A DNA stretch of 64,000 nucleotides from Octopus vulgaris (taxonomy: Eukaryota): NCBI GenBank assembly GCA_951406725.2, contig OX597820.1:111414001-111478000 (forward strand). Reading direction: 5' to 3'. How positions within the stretch are numbered: position 1 is the first letter of the stretch; every line of letters starts with the position of its first letter. The notes beneath the pieces are model-generated. The model was given only the letters and a program-made list of their open reading frames with translations, had not been told where the DNA came from and searched no databases. Positions 25,898 through 37,699 of the stretch are shown piece by piece. A program made the translations under genes and the position numbers.

Positions 25898-27510
25898 CTG
25901 AAATGAAGGATATTAGACAGTCAAGAAACAAAAATAAAATGTCAACATTTGACAAGCCTATTTCATAAAAATTATCTATGGAACAACATTCCATGTAGTT
26001 CCTCTTCAGCAAGAAACCTGATCCTCCATGTAGCTCTTCTACAGCATAAAACCTGCACTGTTCTGGCCTTTTCTCTCATACTTTAACAAGGAGACAGCTT
26101 CACAGTTAAAGGTAAAGCATCACAAAGTATAAAGTTGCCTCCCAATCAACTGTAGTTGAAGAGGATCTTAGTTTTATGAGTTACTTGGCAACCTCATTAC
26201 TGCAGGTGCAATGATAGAATTACCCAGTACACTCTTTTAAGTGGTTGGTATTAAGAAGGACATCCAGTCTCAAGCAGACATTGGAGCATGATGCAGTCCT
26301 TGAATCCTTCTGATTCTGCCAAAACCTCCAACCCATGCTGGCATGAAACATGGGCGTCAAAGGATGAATTCTTCTTCTGCTGACACTCTTGTTTGCAGTA
26401 AGAGTTTAAAAAAACCAGTTGCCTGCAATGTATTTTTAAGTCATGAGTTTTAAAAAGAAAGGACACGTTGTATAAGGCAGTTCTACATACACTATATCTA
26501 AAAAGACAGAATAATCATGACTGACATGCTTTGATCACATGTTTGCTTGATCAGAGCCGATTTAGGGCTAGATTCAACTGAAGAGTGAGGAGTTCATATC
26601 AGAGATGGGGATGAGTTCCCAAAACAACACCTACGGTTAATCTATTCCTACTATAACGTGACAAACAGGAATTTGGGGGATATGATAAACTTAGGACATG
26701 TCACAACTAACGAGGCCAGAGAAAGAAGCATCAATCGTTACATATGAATGCAGAACTGAAACTCTAACCCGAAATGATCTCTTTGGGCCACTTTTTGTGA
26801 TAATTAAAAGCTACCACGTCTTTGTAGTTTCTGAGATATCCGACACGGAGGTGTGTGTGTGTGTGTAACATTAATATTCTGTAATGTGTCCGACTCAAAA
26901 TTAGAAATTATGACAAATTACGAACACCCTTACATAAAAATTAAGGGGGAAATGACGTACATCCATATGATAAGAATGAGCGCAGTGTCTTTTTAATGAG
27001 TATAGATTGATAAATAGCCCTTCATATGAATTTTATTCGTGTGAAGTGGATCAGTGCCCGTAGCTTATTACAGGTTAGAAATTAGTGAATACAGACGAGA
27101 ACAAAGTGGTGAATTTGAATGATGCTTGCATGACGAAAACCAAACGGATAAAATGTTTAGTATGAAATATAAGAGGTGCAACACCAAAGATTCGTACATT
27201 GGACAATGTGTGTGTGTGTGTGTGTGTGCACAAATGTGTAGACGTGTATGAAAGCTTGTGTGTATGAATGTATGTGCATACTTTTTTAATGTAAAGTAAT
27301 AGGTTTTAAATCTTTTTAATGTTCACAATTAAATATCAAATATTAATTCGCTTTTTTTCGTTTTTCTCCAGAAGGCCGACTTAGAGCATAGCTCCACCTC
27401 TGACAGCTTTCTTTTAAAACCGTTAGCTGTTTCTATATTCAGTGTTCAAGTTTTCAGAAAACATAAATAATATATTGAAATACAAGAAATAATAGTAACA
27501 GTAACATAAC

Positions 27511-27592
27511 CTTCCATCCTGCTGGCTTCGTCTTCGTTTTTCATGCGATTTTCTTGGTCCTTTTTACTCTTCATACTTTCATGGCCTGCCAT
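27511..27592 (-). CDS. BLOC1S2: BLOC-1 subunit 2, coding exon 1 (MAGHESMKSKKDQENRMKNEDEASRME)
   Basis: ATG at 27592 and an 82-nt open frame ending in a G|GT donor. Phase 1 matches exon 2. Lies in a CpG-retaining region. The N-terminus is not conserved, so this exon is inferred. Confidence 0.7.
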
Positions 27593-28145
27593 TATTTACA
27601 TCGCTTATGTCAGGAAAAATAACATCCAGTAAGTAGTATTTTAATTACACGGGATAAAAAGAAAAAAGGGGAAGAGTCTTGTTTTAAATTTATATTTATA
27701 AGAAATATTAATTTAGACCATTTGTCCAAGCAATTTTTTCACATTATATATATATAATTATATTTATATATTTCTCTGTGTACAGGAAATATAACAAAAA
27801 TCAGACGAAATCACGAAGTTTTTCCCATACTTTTGAAATATTTTCATTCTTGTTTAATATATAGAAACATACTTTAATAAATTCTGTATGAAATTTCAGT
27901 GAAATATTCAAGTCGTTTATAACGACTTAAGCGGACCTAATTGTGCTACTGACATTTGTGACAACACCCCAAACCTTAAGATTTCTAATTTAGTTGAAAT
28001 ATTCCTGATAAATTTTTATGTCTACAACTCAAGGACAGTTCGGGTTGTATACTATATTACATTGCAAAAACAATTGTGAAAGTAAAATACAAAAACAAAA
28101 GGAAAAATTAACAGAAGTGACTTCAAAGTGTAAATAAACTGAAAG

Positions 28146-28960
28146 GGATCATTTCCTTTTGAACGGCAGTTTTCAACACAATTTCTAGTTAACTAAACAC
28201 TTTTAAACTTCGTATACTGATAGAATGTGTTTATAAAACATCATTTTTTCTTAGCTTTGTTGAGAAAATTCTATAGTTTGTAAGATATTTCCACTTTAAA
28301 ATCGAGCATTTCGGCAATTTTAACCAATCAAATACGTCCATTTAGGTAAACAACATTCCGTGCTGTATGAATATGTCCCCCCCTTTAAGAAACAGATTGG
28401 GTTTATTTACATTTGCGAAGAAAAAAAAGATATCCTTCCCCCACCCTAACCCTAACCCCACCCCTAACCATAACTCTAAACCTAACCCTAAAATAGATTG
28501 AAATGCAATAGATCGATACTAGGGTTATAATTATGGGTGACAATTTCATTTGACACCGCTAGAAAAAATCCCATTTTCCGTAGCGGTGTTGTATGAAATT
28601 GTCACCCATAATTATAACCCTAGTATCGATCTATTGCATTTCAATCTGTTTTAAGGTTAGGGGTGGGGGAAGGGTATCTTTTTTTTCTTCACAAATGTAA
28701 ATAAACCTAATCTGTTTCTTAAACGAGGGACATATTCATACAGCACGGAATGTTGTTTACCTAAATGGACGTATTTGATTGGTTAAAATTGCCGAAATGC
28801 TCGATTTTAAAGCGGAAATATCTTACAAACTATAGAATTTTCTCAATAAAGCCAAGAAAAAATGATGTTTTATAAACACATTCTACCAGTATACAAAGTT
28901 TAAAAGTGTTTAGTTAACTAGAAATTGTGTTGACATCTGCCGTTCAAAAGGAAAAAATCC
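28146..28960. repeat. ~815-bp palindrome made of two inverted copies of a ~400-bp element containing CCCTAA repeats
   Basis: 28146-28561 is reverse-complementary to 28581-28960, with a 19-nt spacer. Confidence 0.95.
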
Positions 28961-29429
28961 ACTGAAAGTAATAACACACAAATCTCCTTTGTCTTTATTA
29001 CAGATTTATAGTCAAATGTAGATGCAGCACATACATATGTAAGGGTGGCGATGTGGTTAATGGTAAATATCAGAATGGAGGGGAGGTAAGAGATCCAGAA
29101 GAGGCTCACGAAGGCAGTGGTGATGAACAGTAGCCTAAGAGGTGTTGAGAGCAAGAGTATCTTAAATCTGCAGGTAGATGAGAAAGTAGATGATGGGCAG
29201 GTTGTACGAGTGGGAAATGAGGGAAGCATGAAGAACAGTGAGAGAAATGGAAGTTAGAGGTATATAAGGGTGGCTATAGTGAGTGAGGTGACAATGGCAC
29301 AAGGGTCATCAATGGCAGATATGAGAAAATATTGGGAAAGGAACGGTGTTAAAGGTGAGGTAGGGTGAACCTAAGATGTAGCTCAGAAGAGGTAGGAGAG
29401 AGATAACTGAAAGCACTGTAAAGAGGGTT

Positions 29430-32070
29430 GTAACATATTTTGATTTGATATTTTATAAATTATGTCCCTTTGAGTACACCTTAAAAAAAGTGTCACATGA
29501 CTTAATATAAAAAAAGAGATAACCAAGTTGACAAAATAAAGTAACACATTTAAAAATCTGTTTCATTTGTGCAAACCAACAACACACAATGGTAGCAGCA
29601 AGACAGCAATATGCCAGAGAACTTAATGACTACAAAAAAGAAAATTGCAAGTAATTGCTAAGGTGATAACAATATGGTGAAGGAGTTAAAATTTATCTTC
29701 TTTTTTTTTTTTTCAAACGTATCCAAGTGAGTTGGATCAAACAGCAAACATCAAAGATGATGGCATCAATAATCCTGTCACCAAGTTTCATTTGGTCAAA
29801 TGAGAATGAATGCAAGGCTTGTAATGAATGAGTCCATTTTATGAGCTCTTACTTCACTATAAACAAAACAGAAGAAAAACTGAAACACAACTATGTTTTA
29901 CTTAGCTCAAGAAACATCAGCAAATGTATTCAGAATTTTTGAAGCCCATTTGATACAAGAATCAAACAAATGGGTTGAATGATTAGAGTTCTCATCAATG
30001 CAGCAAATTGAAGAGTCAACAGACAAATATTTAGTTAAACCTAAATCAAAATCAAATGGATGTGACTTTGGCACAAATAAGGAGACATGACTCTTTTAAC
30101 AAACAATAAAAGGACTGAAGTAGAGAGATGAAAAAAGAAATCTTATAAACAAACTAAATCATACACTAGAGTTAGTCATTGAAAGCATAAGGACATATGA
30201 ATCTATGATGAAATACAGTACAGCTTATAATGATGCCAGTGAAAGAAAAACAGATACATGTCATGAAGTAACAATGAAAAATACCAGACAGTGGGGAAGA
30301 TGTAGAAATGTTCACAGAAAGAAAAAAAAGAAGACTGTTATGCATACAAAAAAGAATGCAGAAAATGCCATAGACTACACCATTCCGAAAAATTTTGCCA
30401 TACAAAAGCAACTACATACCATAACTGAAACTGCAGTCCACATAGGTGTAGAAAACAAAGCTCATAGAAGACCAAAAAACAAAGCCCATGCTGGCACAGA
30501 AAACAAAATAAAGAATACCACTTACAAATCAGAATATCATTCAAATCAAGACGACTTGTATTTATACACTATGGAAAACAAAGAAAACAAATGTCTTAGT
30601 AACAGCAACTGTAAGGAAATATTTATTATCATAGACTCCTGTGAAAGTACAAAATAAAGATAGTCAGTGGAGTCAATGGAAACATATTACCACTCAAATT
30701 AAATAAAAAAGTGTACCCCTGAAATATTGATAAAAAATACTTGCAAATCAGCAAGTCTCCAAAGAGCTCAAACTACCCTATGAAGAGTGAATGACACCAG
30801 AATACCATAGTATGGTTCAGCAGTCCTCAGCATTAGACAAGAATTTTCATACCAAATGAGCCAAACTTTTTGTGTGACAATGATCCAGCACCTTGGTGCA
30901 AATCACCTGTAGTATTACATCATCAGATACCAAAAAAAAATAATGCAAAGGATACAAGACCTTGAAAGTAAATACCCTGACATACTTTAAGGTATTGGAA
31001 AATTCCCAGAGAAATAGAAAATACACATTGTAGAAAATACAACATCAGTGATACATCCTCCAAGAAAATATCCAATGCACTCGAAAGATAAAATAAAGAA
31101 ACAATCAGACAAAATGGAAGATATTGGTGTGATTTCAAAAGTAAACGAATCAAAAGATTAATTACATTTAGCAGAAAGAAAAATGCATATGCTTAGGTCC
31201 AAAACTAGTGAATTAAAAGAACTTACCTCGAGACATCAACTCTTGAGGAAATTTCCAAATATTTAGCTGGTGCTAAATATTTTGCAAAATTAGATGAAGA
31301 ATATGGATACTGGGCAATACATCTTGATAAGGAATCAAGTTTGCTTTCCTACATCAATACTCTTTTTGCTAGATACAGATACTTAAGGTGTCCTTATGTC
31401 TCAGGGCCAAATACTTGAAGACTGCACAGAAGCCATTGGTATATCTGATGATATTTGCATGCATGGCAAAATAATTCAAGAGCATGATAAGAACATAAGG
31501 ATAATAGATACAGCCAGAAGATATGGTCTAGTTTTCAACAAAGAAAAGTGTCCAATAAGATAAAAACAGATCAAATTTCATGGTCTTATCTGGGATAAAA
31601 ATGGCTCTCACCCAGATCCAGAAAAAATGTGACAAAATCAATCCAAAGCCCATACCTACAAAACATGAAGAATTTCAGGTATTGGATCATACCTAGGTAT
31701 GATCCAATACCTGAACCCTTACATACCAGGACTTAGTTTTCGAACAGCTCCATTGAGATCACTACTCAAGGAAGACACTGAATGGCAATGGAATAATACA
31801 CGTGAAAAAAGCTTTAGAAAAATTGAAAGATTGTGTTCATGAAAACATCTGCTTAACTTATTTCAAACCTAATGCAAAGATGTGATCCAGGTAGATTCAA
31901 GCATGTTTGCTCTAGGTGCAGCACTAATCAATGGTGGTAAGATTGTTGCTTTTCTTAACAAAAGACTGACTGATGCTGAGCTAAGATAATGCAAACATAG
32001 AAAGAAAGCTATTTGCATTTGTTTGATTGTGAGAAATTTCATGCATAAATGTACGGGAAAGAGCTCCCAA
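29430..32070 (+). mobile_element. Ty3/Gypsy LTR-retrotransposon internal remnant (gag knuckle, RT, RNase H)
   Basis: CRKCHRLH...C knuckle, AKYFAKLD..GYW, RYRYLRCPY, ISDDI, FNKEKC and VDSS..ALGA motifs. Heavily frameshifted. Confidence 0.85.
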
Positions 32071-32234
32071 GACCAAAGGCAGATTCATTAAGTAAGATCA
32101 ACAGAACAGACCACGAGGACAAACTGACTCAAATTTGACAAATATATCTCAAAAAACAAAAACACTATTATTTTTTCATAATACAGTTGTCATACAAATA
32201 AACAGGCTAGTTAAAATCTGCTTGTGACATATTT

Positions 32235-32404
32235 CAACTTCTAATTATGATTTTATTCAACATATTCCCCTCTCAGATTCACGCACTTATTTCAGCAGTC
32301 CTTCAGTTTTCCTAAGGCCTGTGAAAGAACTCAGAAGGTTGGGCCTCTAGCCAGGCCTTTTGCAATACCTTTAAAGCCAGGAACTTTTCAGCACCTTTCA
32401 TGTG
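32235..32404. mobile_element. Mariner-type terminal fragment
   Basis: Ends ccaggaacttttcagcacc, resembling a mariner TIR. Confidence 0.5.
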
Positions 32405-32788
32405 TATGTGTGTTTCACTTGGTGTCTGACTGAAGGAGCACCTATAGCATATCACTGAGGGACTACTTAATTTTTACCCTCTCTACTTGTCAATCAAAAG
32501 AGGTAAATTCTGTTACTGTTTCTCTCTCATATTTCCATCGGTCTCCAAGCTGTCACACAGATGAACACAACTACTAATGAAATGGACAACAGAACTTCAA
32601 CTAATCTTTATACAAACTCAAAGCAGTTGCTTTTTATAGTTTAACAGTAAAATAAAAACCAGTTAGACTATTACTTTCTTGCCTTCAAACCATACCCATT
32701 ACATACTTGGTGATACCTCAGAATCAGATTTTAATCTATCTCAACCAGAGTATCAAAGTATGACATATCAACAACTACATGTAACTGT

Positions 32789-32810
<22 letters not shown>

Positions 32811-32820
<10 letters not shown>

Positions 32821-33221
32821 TAAATTAGAGACAAAACCACTATTAGGCAAATCAAACAATGAAAAACTTTAGCCAATACATAATATTATTTATTTATCTT
32901 GGCGAGGTTTAAACCTCGCCAAGATAAATATTTAAACCACCTGATGAATGACTGTAACTCGAAAATTTAAAGAAATTAACAGCCATGAAACGATCGTAGT
33001 GTTATATTAATTATATTTTTTTAATAATTTTGTTATATATTTAAATAATATAAATTAAATAATGTTATGTATTGGCTAAAGTTTTTCATTGTTTGATTTG
33101 CCTAATAGTGGTTTTGTCTCTAATTTAATATAATATAATATTTTACTATAAAATTGGATTCAATCCTAAATCTGATTTTTCCCTGTAAGTTTGGATTTAT
33201 TCCCTAATATTTATTATTATT
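32811..33221. mobile_element. Penelope-like pseudo-LTR fragment with an inverted duplication
   Basis: 32811-32891 is inverted relative to ~33058-33139. Contains a 40-bp perfect palindrome and a hammerhead core. Confidence 0.75.
32934..33003 (+). ncRNA. Minimal type-I hammerhead ribozyme
   Basis: cac-CTGATGA-atgactgt...acagccat-GAAA-cgatcg-TA-gtg. The core boxes are intact, stem II has 7/8 pairs, stem III is palindromic, and the GUA cleavage site is after 32998. Confidence 0.8.
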
Positions 33222-33404
33222 ATATATATAATCAAAATAAGCAACAAGGATATCCAGAGGTAATGCAGTACGATCATTTCATGTGACTCCATTTAATTAA
33301 CCCCATTTTGAATTATATGGATAATACCTTACTAAATTCTGGTGCCTTTAACTTAAGTACCATATTCATCTGAATATATATATGTATGTAAACATATATA
33401 TATG

Positions 33405-33720
33405 GGGCCCTCTCAGAGGAAACACAAATTCTTGAGTGACATCCCCCAGGGAATTGCCCTGGGGCTGTTACTGTTTATAGTAGCACTCTTAGACATGCCC
33501 ATGGTCACTCAGTCAGCCACTCACTAGTTATACCAATAATACAAAATTATTACAGGCAATAAAGAATCCAGATGAACAGAGCCTATGGAGGGATCTAAAG
33601 GCAATATACAAATGGGCTGAGGAAAACAACATGCAGTTTAATGCTGGAAAATTTCAAGTACTGCACTCTCTGCTCACAAATGCACTGCAGCCTGCATATA
33701 CAGGATTTGAAAGCACTGCA
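33405..33720 (+). mobile_element. CR1/L2-type RT fragment
   Basis: SDIPQG.ALGLLLF and DLKAIYKWAEENNMQFNAGKFQVL. Confidence 0.75.
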
Positions 33721-33903
33721 ATCAGAATCACAAGCAGGATGAAACAATAACCTCACATGCAGTGTAGATAAGGGCAGCAGTGCCAATTTCCCTGCGTGCG
33801 TGCGTGCATGCGTGCGTGCGTGCGTGAAGTGAAGAACATGTATATAGTGCATGTGCTTATTTGGTACAAAAAATAGAAAAAGACCATCCAAAATATACAT
33901 ATA

Positions 33904-34194
33904 CAGGATGTGATGGGTAAATTGTTGCCATTTTATATTTTTAATTTCTTGCATGCACATTGTTTGTTGGTGATTTTGTTGACTACACAGTATAGTAGGG
34001 TCAGTTGAGCACAGTCTGTGAGAAAAACAGCACCATGATGCAATTCACTCTGCCAGAAATTTGGAAAGAAAATGCTACACTGCTTGGCATTCATCCCAGA
34101 AGCACCAATACGAATGTTTCAGAGTGTTTGGGTGTGAATCTGAGGACGGTGCAGAGGATTCGGAAAGAGCTGGATGAGTCTAATGCTGATTATG
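33904..34194 (+). mobile_element. 5' fragment of the maT/mariner element at 63023
   Basis: TA-CAGG TIR. Near-identical to 63023-63312. Confidence 0.9.
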
Positions 34195-34371
34195 GTCATA
34201 GAGTGACCAATGGTTTTGCATCCATAAAGCTTTTAGCTTTACAGATGGCTCATCATACTCCAATGGCTGCGGACATATGACCTCTTTTCAAACTGGAGAT
34301 AGAAACCATTACAGTCAATTAGTTTCCTAAACAAAAAAGACATTATTATTATTGAGGTCATTGAATAATCT

Positions 34372-35046
34372 TCATCATCATCATCATCATTTAGCATGGG
34401 TTGGACAGTTCAACTGGGGTCTGGGAAGCCAGAAGGCTGCACCAGGCCCAGTTTGATCTGGCAATGTTTCTACGGCTGGATGCCCTTCCTAACGCCAACC
34501 ACTCCATGAGTGTAGTGGGTGCTTTTTACGTGCCAGACGAGTCTGGCAAACGGCCACAATCGGGTGGTGCTTTTTATGTGCCACCGGCATGGGGGCCAGG
34601 CGAGGCTGGCAACGGCCACGAACAGATGGTGCTTTTTACATGCCACCGGCACGGGGGTCAGGCGATGCTGGCAACGGCCATGAACGGATGGTGCTTTTTA
34701 TGTGCCACCGGCACAAGGCCAGTCGGGGCTGCGCTGGCAACGGCCACGAACAGATGGTGCTTTTTACGTGCCACCGGCACGAGACCAGTCTGGGTGGCGC
34801 TGGCAACGGCCACGTTCGGATGGTTCTCTTATGTCCCACCGGCACTGGTAACTCAGCTGCAATTTCCATTGATCGATTTCGATTCTGATTCTGATTCTCA
34901 CTTGCCTCAACAGGTCTTCACAAGTAGAGTTTTGTGTCCCAAGAAGGGAAGGTATGCATAAGTGGGCTGGCTACATCCCATGTAGAAGGCCACGGGTTAT
35001 GATCTCACTTGTCCTGCCGGGTCTTCTCACACACAGCATACTTCCA

Positions 35047-35047
<1 letters not shown>
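34372..35047 (-). mobile_element. RTE family-A 3' UTR copy with expanded internal ~60-bp repeats
   Basis: Reverse complement of the tails at 2320-3025 and 62300-62678. Confidence 0.9.
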
Positions 35048-35095
<48 letters not shown>

Positions 35096-35097
35096 GT

Positions 35098-35655
35098 AAA
35101 TGCCCTGATGCAGTACCAGGCAGTGGCTCTCATGGCTTCTGATCTTAACTGATTGGAAGTGTTATCATGTACATTGTTTTGTCTTGGTATAAAAGATGGG
35201 CTACATCAAATATTCTGCTCAATACCACAGATTTGCTTGTCAGTTGTTTGACCTTAACCAGTTGAGCATGTCCCTTAGTGGCTGACGATATGTGCATCTC
35301 TGATCATGAGCAGAAGTAGTGGAGGAGCATCATAGCCATGTGTTGAGAGGGATTCTTTGGGGTTTGAATAGTTCACCTCTGGAAACATGGGTGGTTCTTT
35401 CAACATCCTTAAACAACCCTTATTCAGGGACCGTTTGAGCGGGATGGGCTACTCAACCTGAAGAAAATTCTAACTGGGCCCCACCTGCAAGGTCATGTGC
35501 TGTTTATCTTGATATGTGATCACCATGTCGCACACATATGGTTGTGATGCATGTGCCTGGTGTACCTTTATCAGACGGGTAGTCATGATGGGTATATTGG
35601 GCTTCGTATATTTTACCCCAGTGTCACTTTGATGGCATGAACTGCTCTCTCACTC
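35098..35655. mobile_element. Non-coding interspersed element flanked on both sides by (AAT)n
   Basis: GC-richer ~560-bp block between (AAT)n at 35047-35095 and (AAT)n at 35656-35669. Confidence 0.55.
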
Positions 35656-35933
35656 AATAATAATAATAACATTCAAAAGAGACATTGTCTGACACTTAAG
35701 TGAGATGAATTATCACCTTTGAATCAGTCTGGTCAGCAAATCCCACACCTGCAGTAGGTAGCATTTGAAATACAGACAAGGGCTGTAGATCTCATTTCTG
35801 AAGTTTAAAAGTGTCCCATGTCAAGCAAATCTTTTAGGATCCTTGCCCACTCTACTATGCAAAGCTTGTGTCATTACTCCCATTCATATAAGACCCTGAT
35901 TGCTCTAGGAGTCTCCATTTAATTGAGTATGCA

Positions 35934-36345
35934 TCCATGTCCTACTAGAGGCTCCCGAGCCCCCTTTTGCTAGACTTAAGTTAGGATTAGGTAGGGCTTA
36001 GCTGTGGTCCGAATCCAACTTGGGTTCGGGCGGGGTGTCAAAAGGGCCGGCATGTGCAACCTTATCACCTCTGCCTATCAAATTCCCAACCCATGCGTTC
36101 CCGTCGTGACACTGATCCCGCAGAACTGGGTTGGGTGTGCTAAACAAAACCAGAAAATGCACTTTGACTGTCATAGATTTTCTTCATGCATGCAAGGGAA
36201 CGGTGCCTTGAATGCCTTAATGTCTTTTAGGCTTCATTTTACAAAATAACGGTTCAATGAGTACAAAAAAGGGTAAAAAGGTAAAGGGCATTGCTTATCG
36301 ACAAACTTTCTTACATACCCGGGTAACGCCGGGCTATGCTGCTAG
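35934..36345 (+). mobile_element. Non-autonomous Helitron (3' end clear, 5' end tentative)
   Basis: Hairpin cccgg-gtaacg-ccggg, then CTAG|T 8 nt later. Candidate A|TC 5' end at 35934. Confidence 0.65.
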
Positions 36346-36350
36346 TATAT

Positions 36351-37315
36351 ATATAAATTAAATTAGAGATAAAACCACTATTAGGCAACTCAGTGATAGA
36401 CATAAACCAAAACATAAAAAACAAAAAATAAATATAATTAATATATAATATATATATAAAATATAAAATTTAAATTATTAAAATTTTTAATTTTTAAATT
36501 TATATTTTTAAATTAAAAATTTTTTTTATATATATAACTAACCAAAAAGTATAAAAAAGTTAAATATAATATAATAAGTATATATATATATATGTATGTA
36601 TGTATGTTTAAATTGTCTAAGAGATCATAAGTCAGGGAGAAGATGCACTCAGAGAAAATGCACTCATATAACGGCTAGTAGAGTGAGTATAATATCCGAA
36701 TTTTATAGTATTAAGTATCTATCACAGCTGGTCTTATCAATCAGTTTCGCACAAAAAATACAATTGAGTGTTAGGCAACAAAACAATTATATAAATACGC
36801 TCATCAGAAGTAGCTGACATGGAAGTGAATATGGCAATTGCTCTCCACTTCTGGAGATGGATTAGCACAACCAGTTGGCGTCTGCTGTAAAAAAAGGTAG
36901 TGGAATGAAAAAAAGGAACACAGGATATACTCAAAATTAAGTCCCTTGGTTAGGTATGTTGTGGAGCCAACAAAAGTTATTATTGGAGTTGAGAAAGTGT
37001 GTATCAATAATGTCGTTACTCTGCGGGGATGGGGGGTGTGGTGTGTACAGCAGTGTTATATGTATATATTTTTCTGGAGGTTTTATATATATAGAAGCTT
37101 TTCTGGGGGTGTAGGTATCTGTAAAGGATAAAGTTGTGGTTTTTTTTTATATTAGTGTGCGGTGTGTAATGTATGTGTGAGTAGGATTTGTTTATATTTG
37201 GGAGTATAATTTGCGTGAGGGGGTATGTGTTGGGGTGGTGGAAAAAAGGCTTTAGTTACTAATTAAAACATTTGTTGTTGTGCATGTTATGAGGTTATTA
37301 CCCAGGTAATATTGA
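36351..37315 (-). mobile_element. Penelope-like terminal-repeat remnant
   Basis: Shares attaaattagaga(c/t)aaaaccactattaggcaa with 32819. Contains a decayed hammerhead core. Confidence 0.55.
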
Positions 37316-37437
37316 ATATATATATATTTCATTCTATAATGGCTACCTCTGAAGAGCGCAGGGTTATGTAATTGGACTCTTAGCTAACACTCCGTTGAAC
37401 CCCTAGTGCGAAATCGAGTAGCAAGATCAACCGTAAT

Positions 37438-37693
37438 CAAGGGCGTAGCTAGGGTAAATGGTGCCCAGGGTAAGCACCAAAATTGCACCCTCCTCCCACC
37501 AAAAACTGGGAACTCGTATAAAAAGGGCTTAATTAGAAAATGATATTGGCCAAAATTGCATCCCCACCAACCAAAAAGTGAGAACTCACATAGAAATGAC
37601 TTGATTAGAAAATGATCTTTGCCAAAATTGCGCCCCACTCAAAGTGGTGTCCAGGGTATGCGCCCTGCTAGACCCACCCTAGCTTCGCCCCTG
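37438..37693. mobile_element. hAT (Tip100-like) MITE
   Basis: TIR caagggcgtagctagggt / accctagcttcgcccctg. 8-bp TSD accgtaat/gccgtaat. Internal ~72-bp tandem duplication. Confidence 0.85.
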
Positions 37694-37699
37694 GCCGTA

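Noticed and set aside
28437-28492. True telomere or chromosome-fusion site
   Set aside because: Short, degenerate and internal to a repeat arm.
30205-30657. 150-aa ORF as a novel gene
   Set aside because: It overlaps a frameshifted Gypsy gag zinc knuckle upstream of the RT remnant.
34515-34850. CRISPR-like repeat/spacer appearance (also at 55455-55820)
   Set aside because: The intervening sequences are homologous to each other, the array is part of an RTE 3' UTR, there are no cas genes, and the context is eukaryotic.
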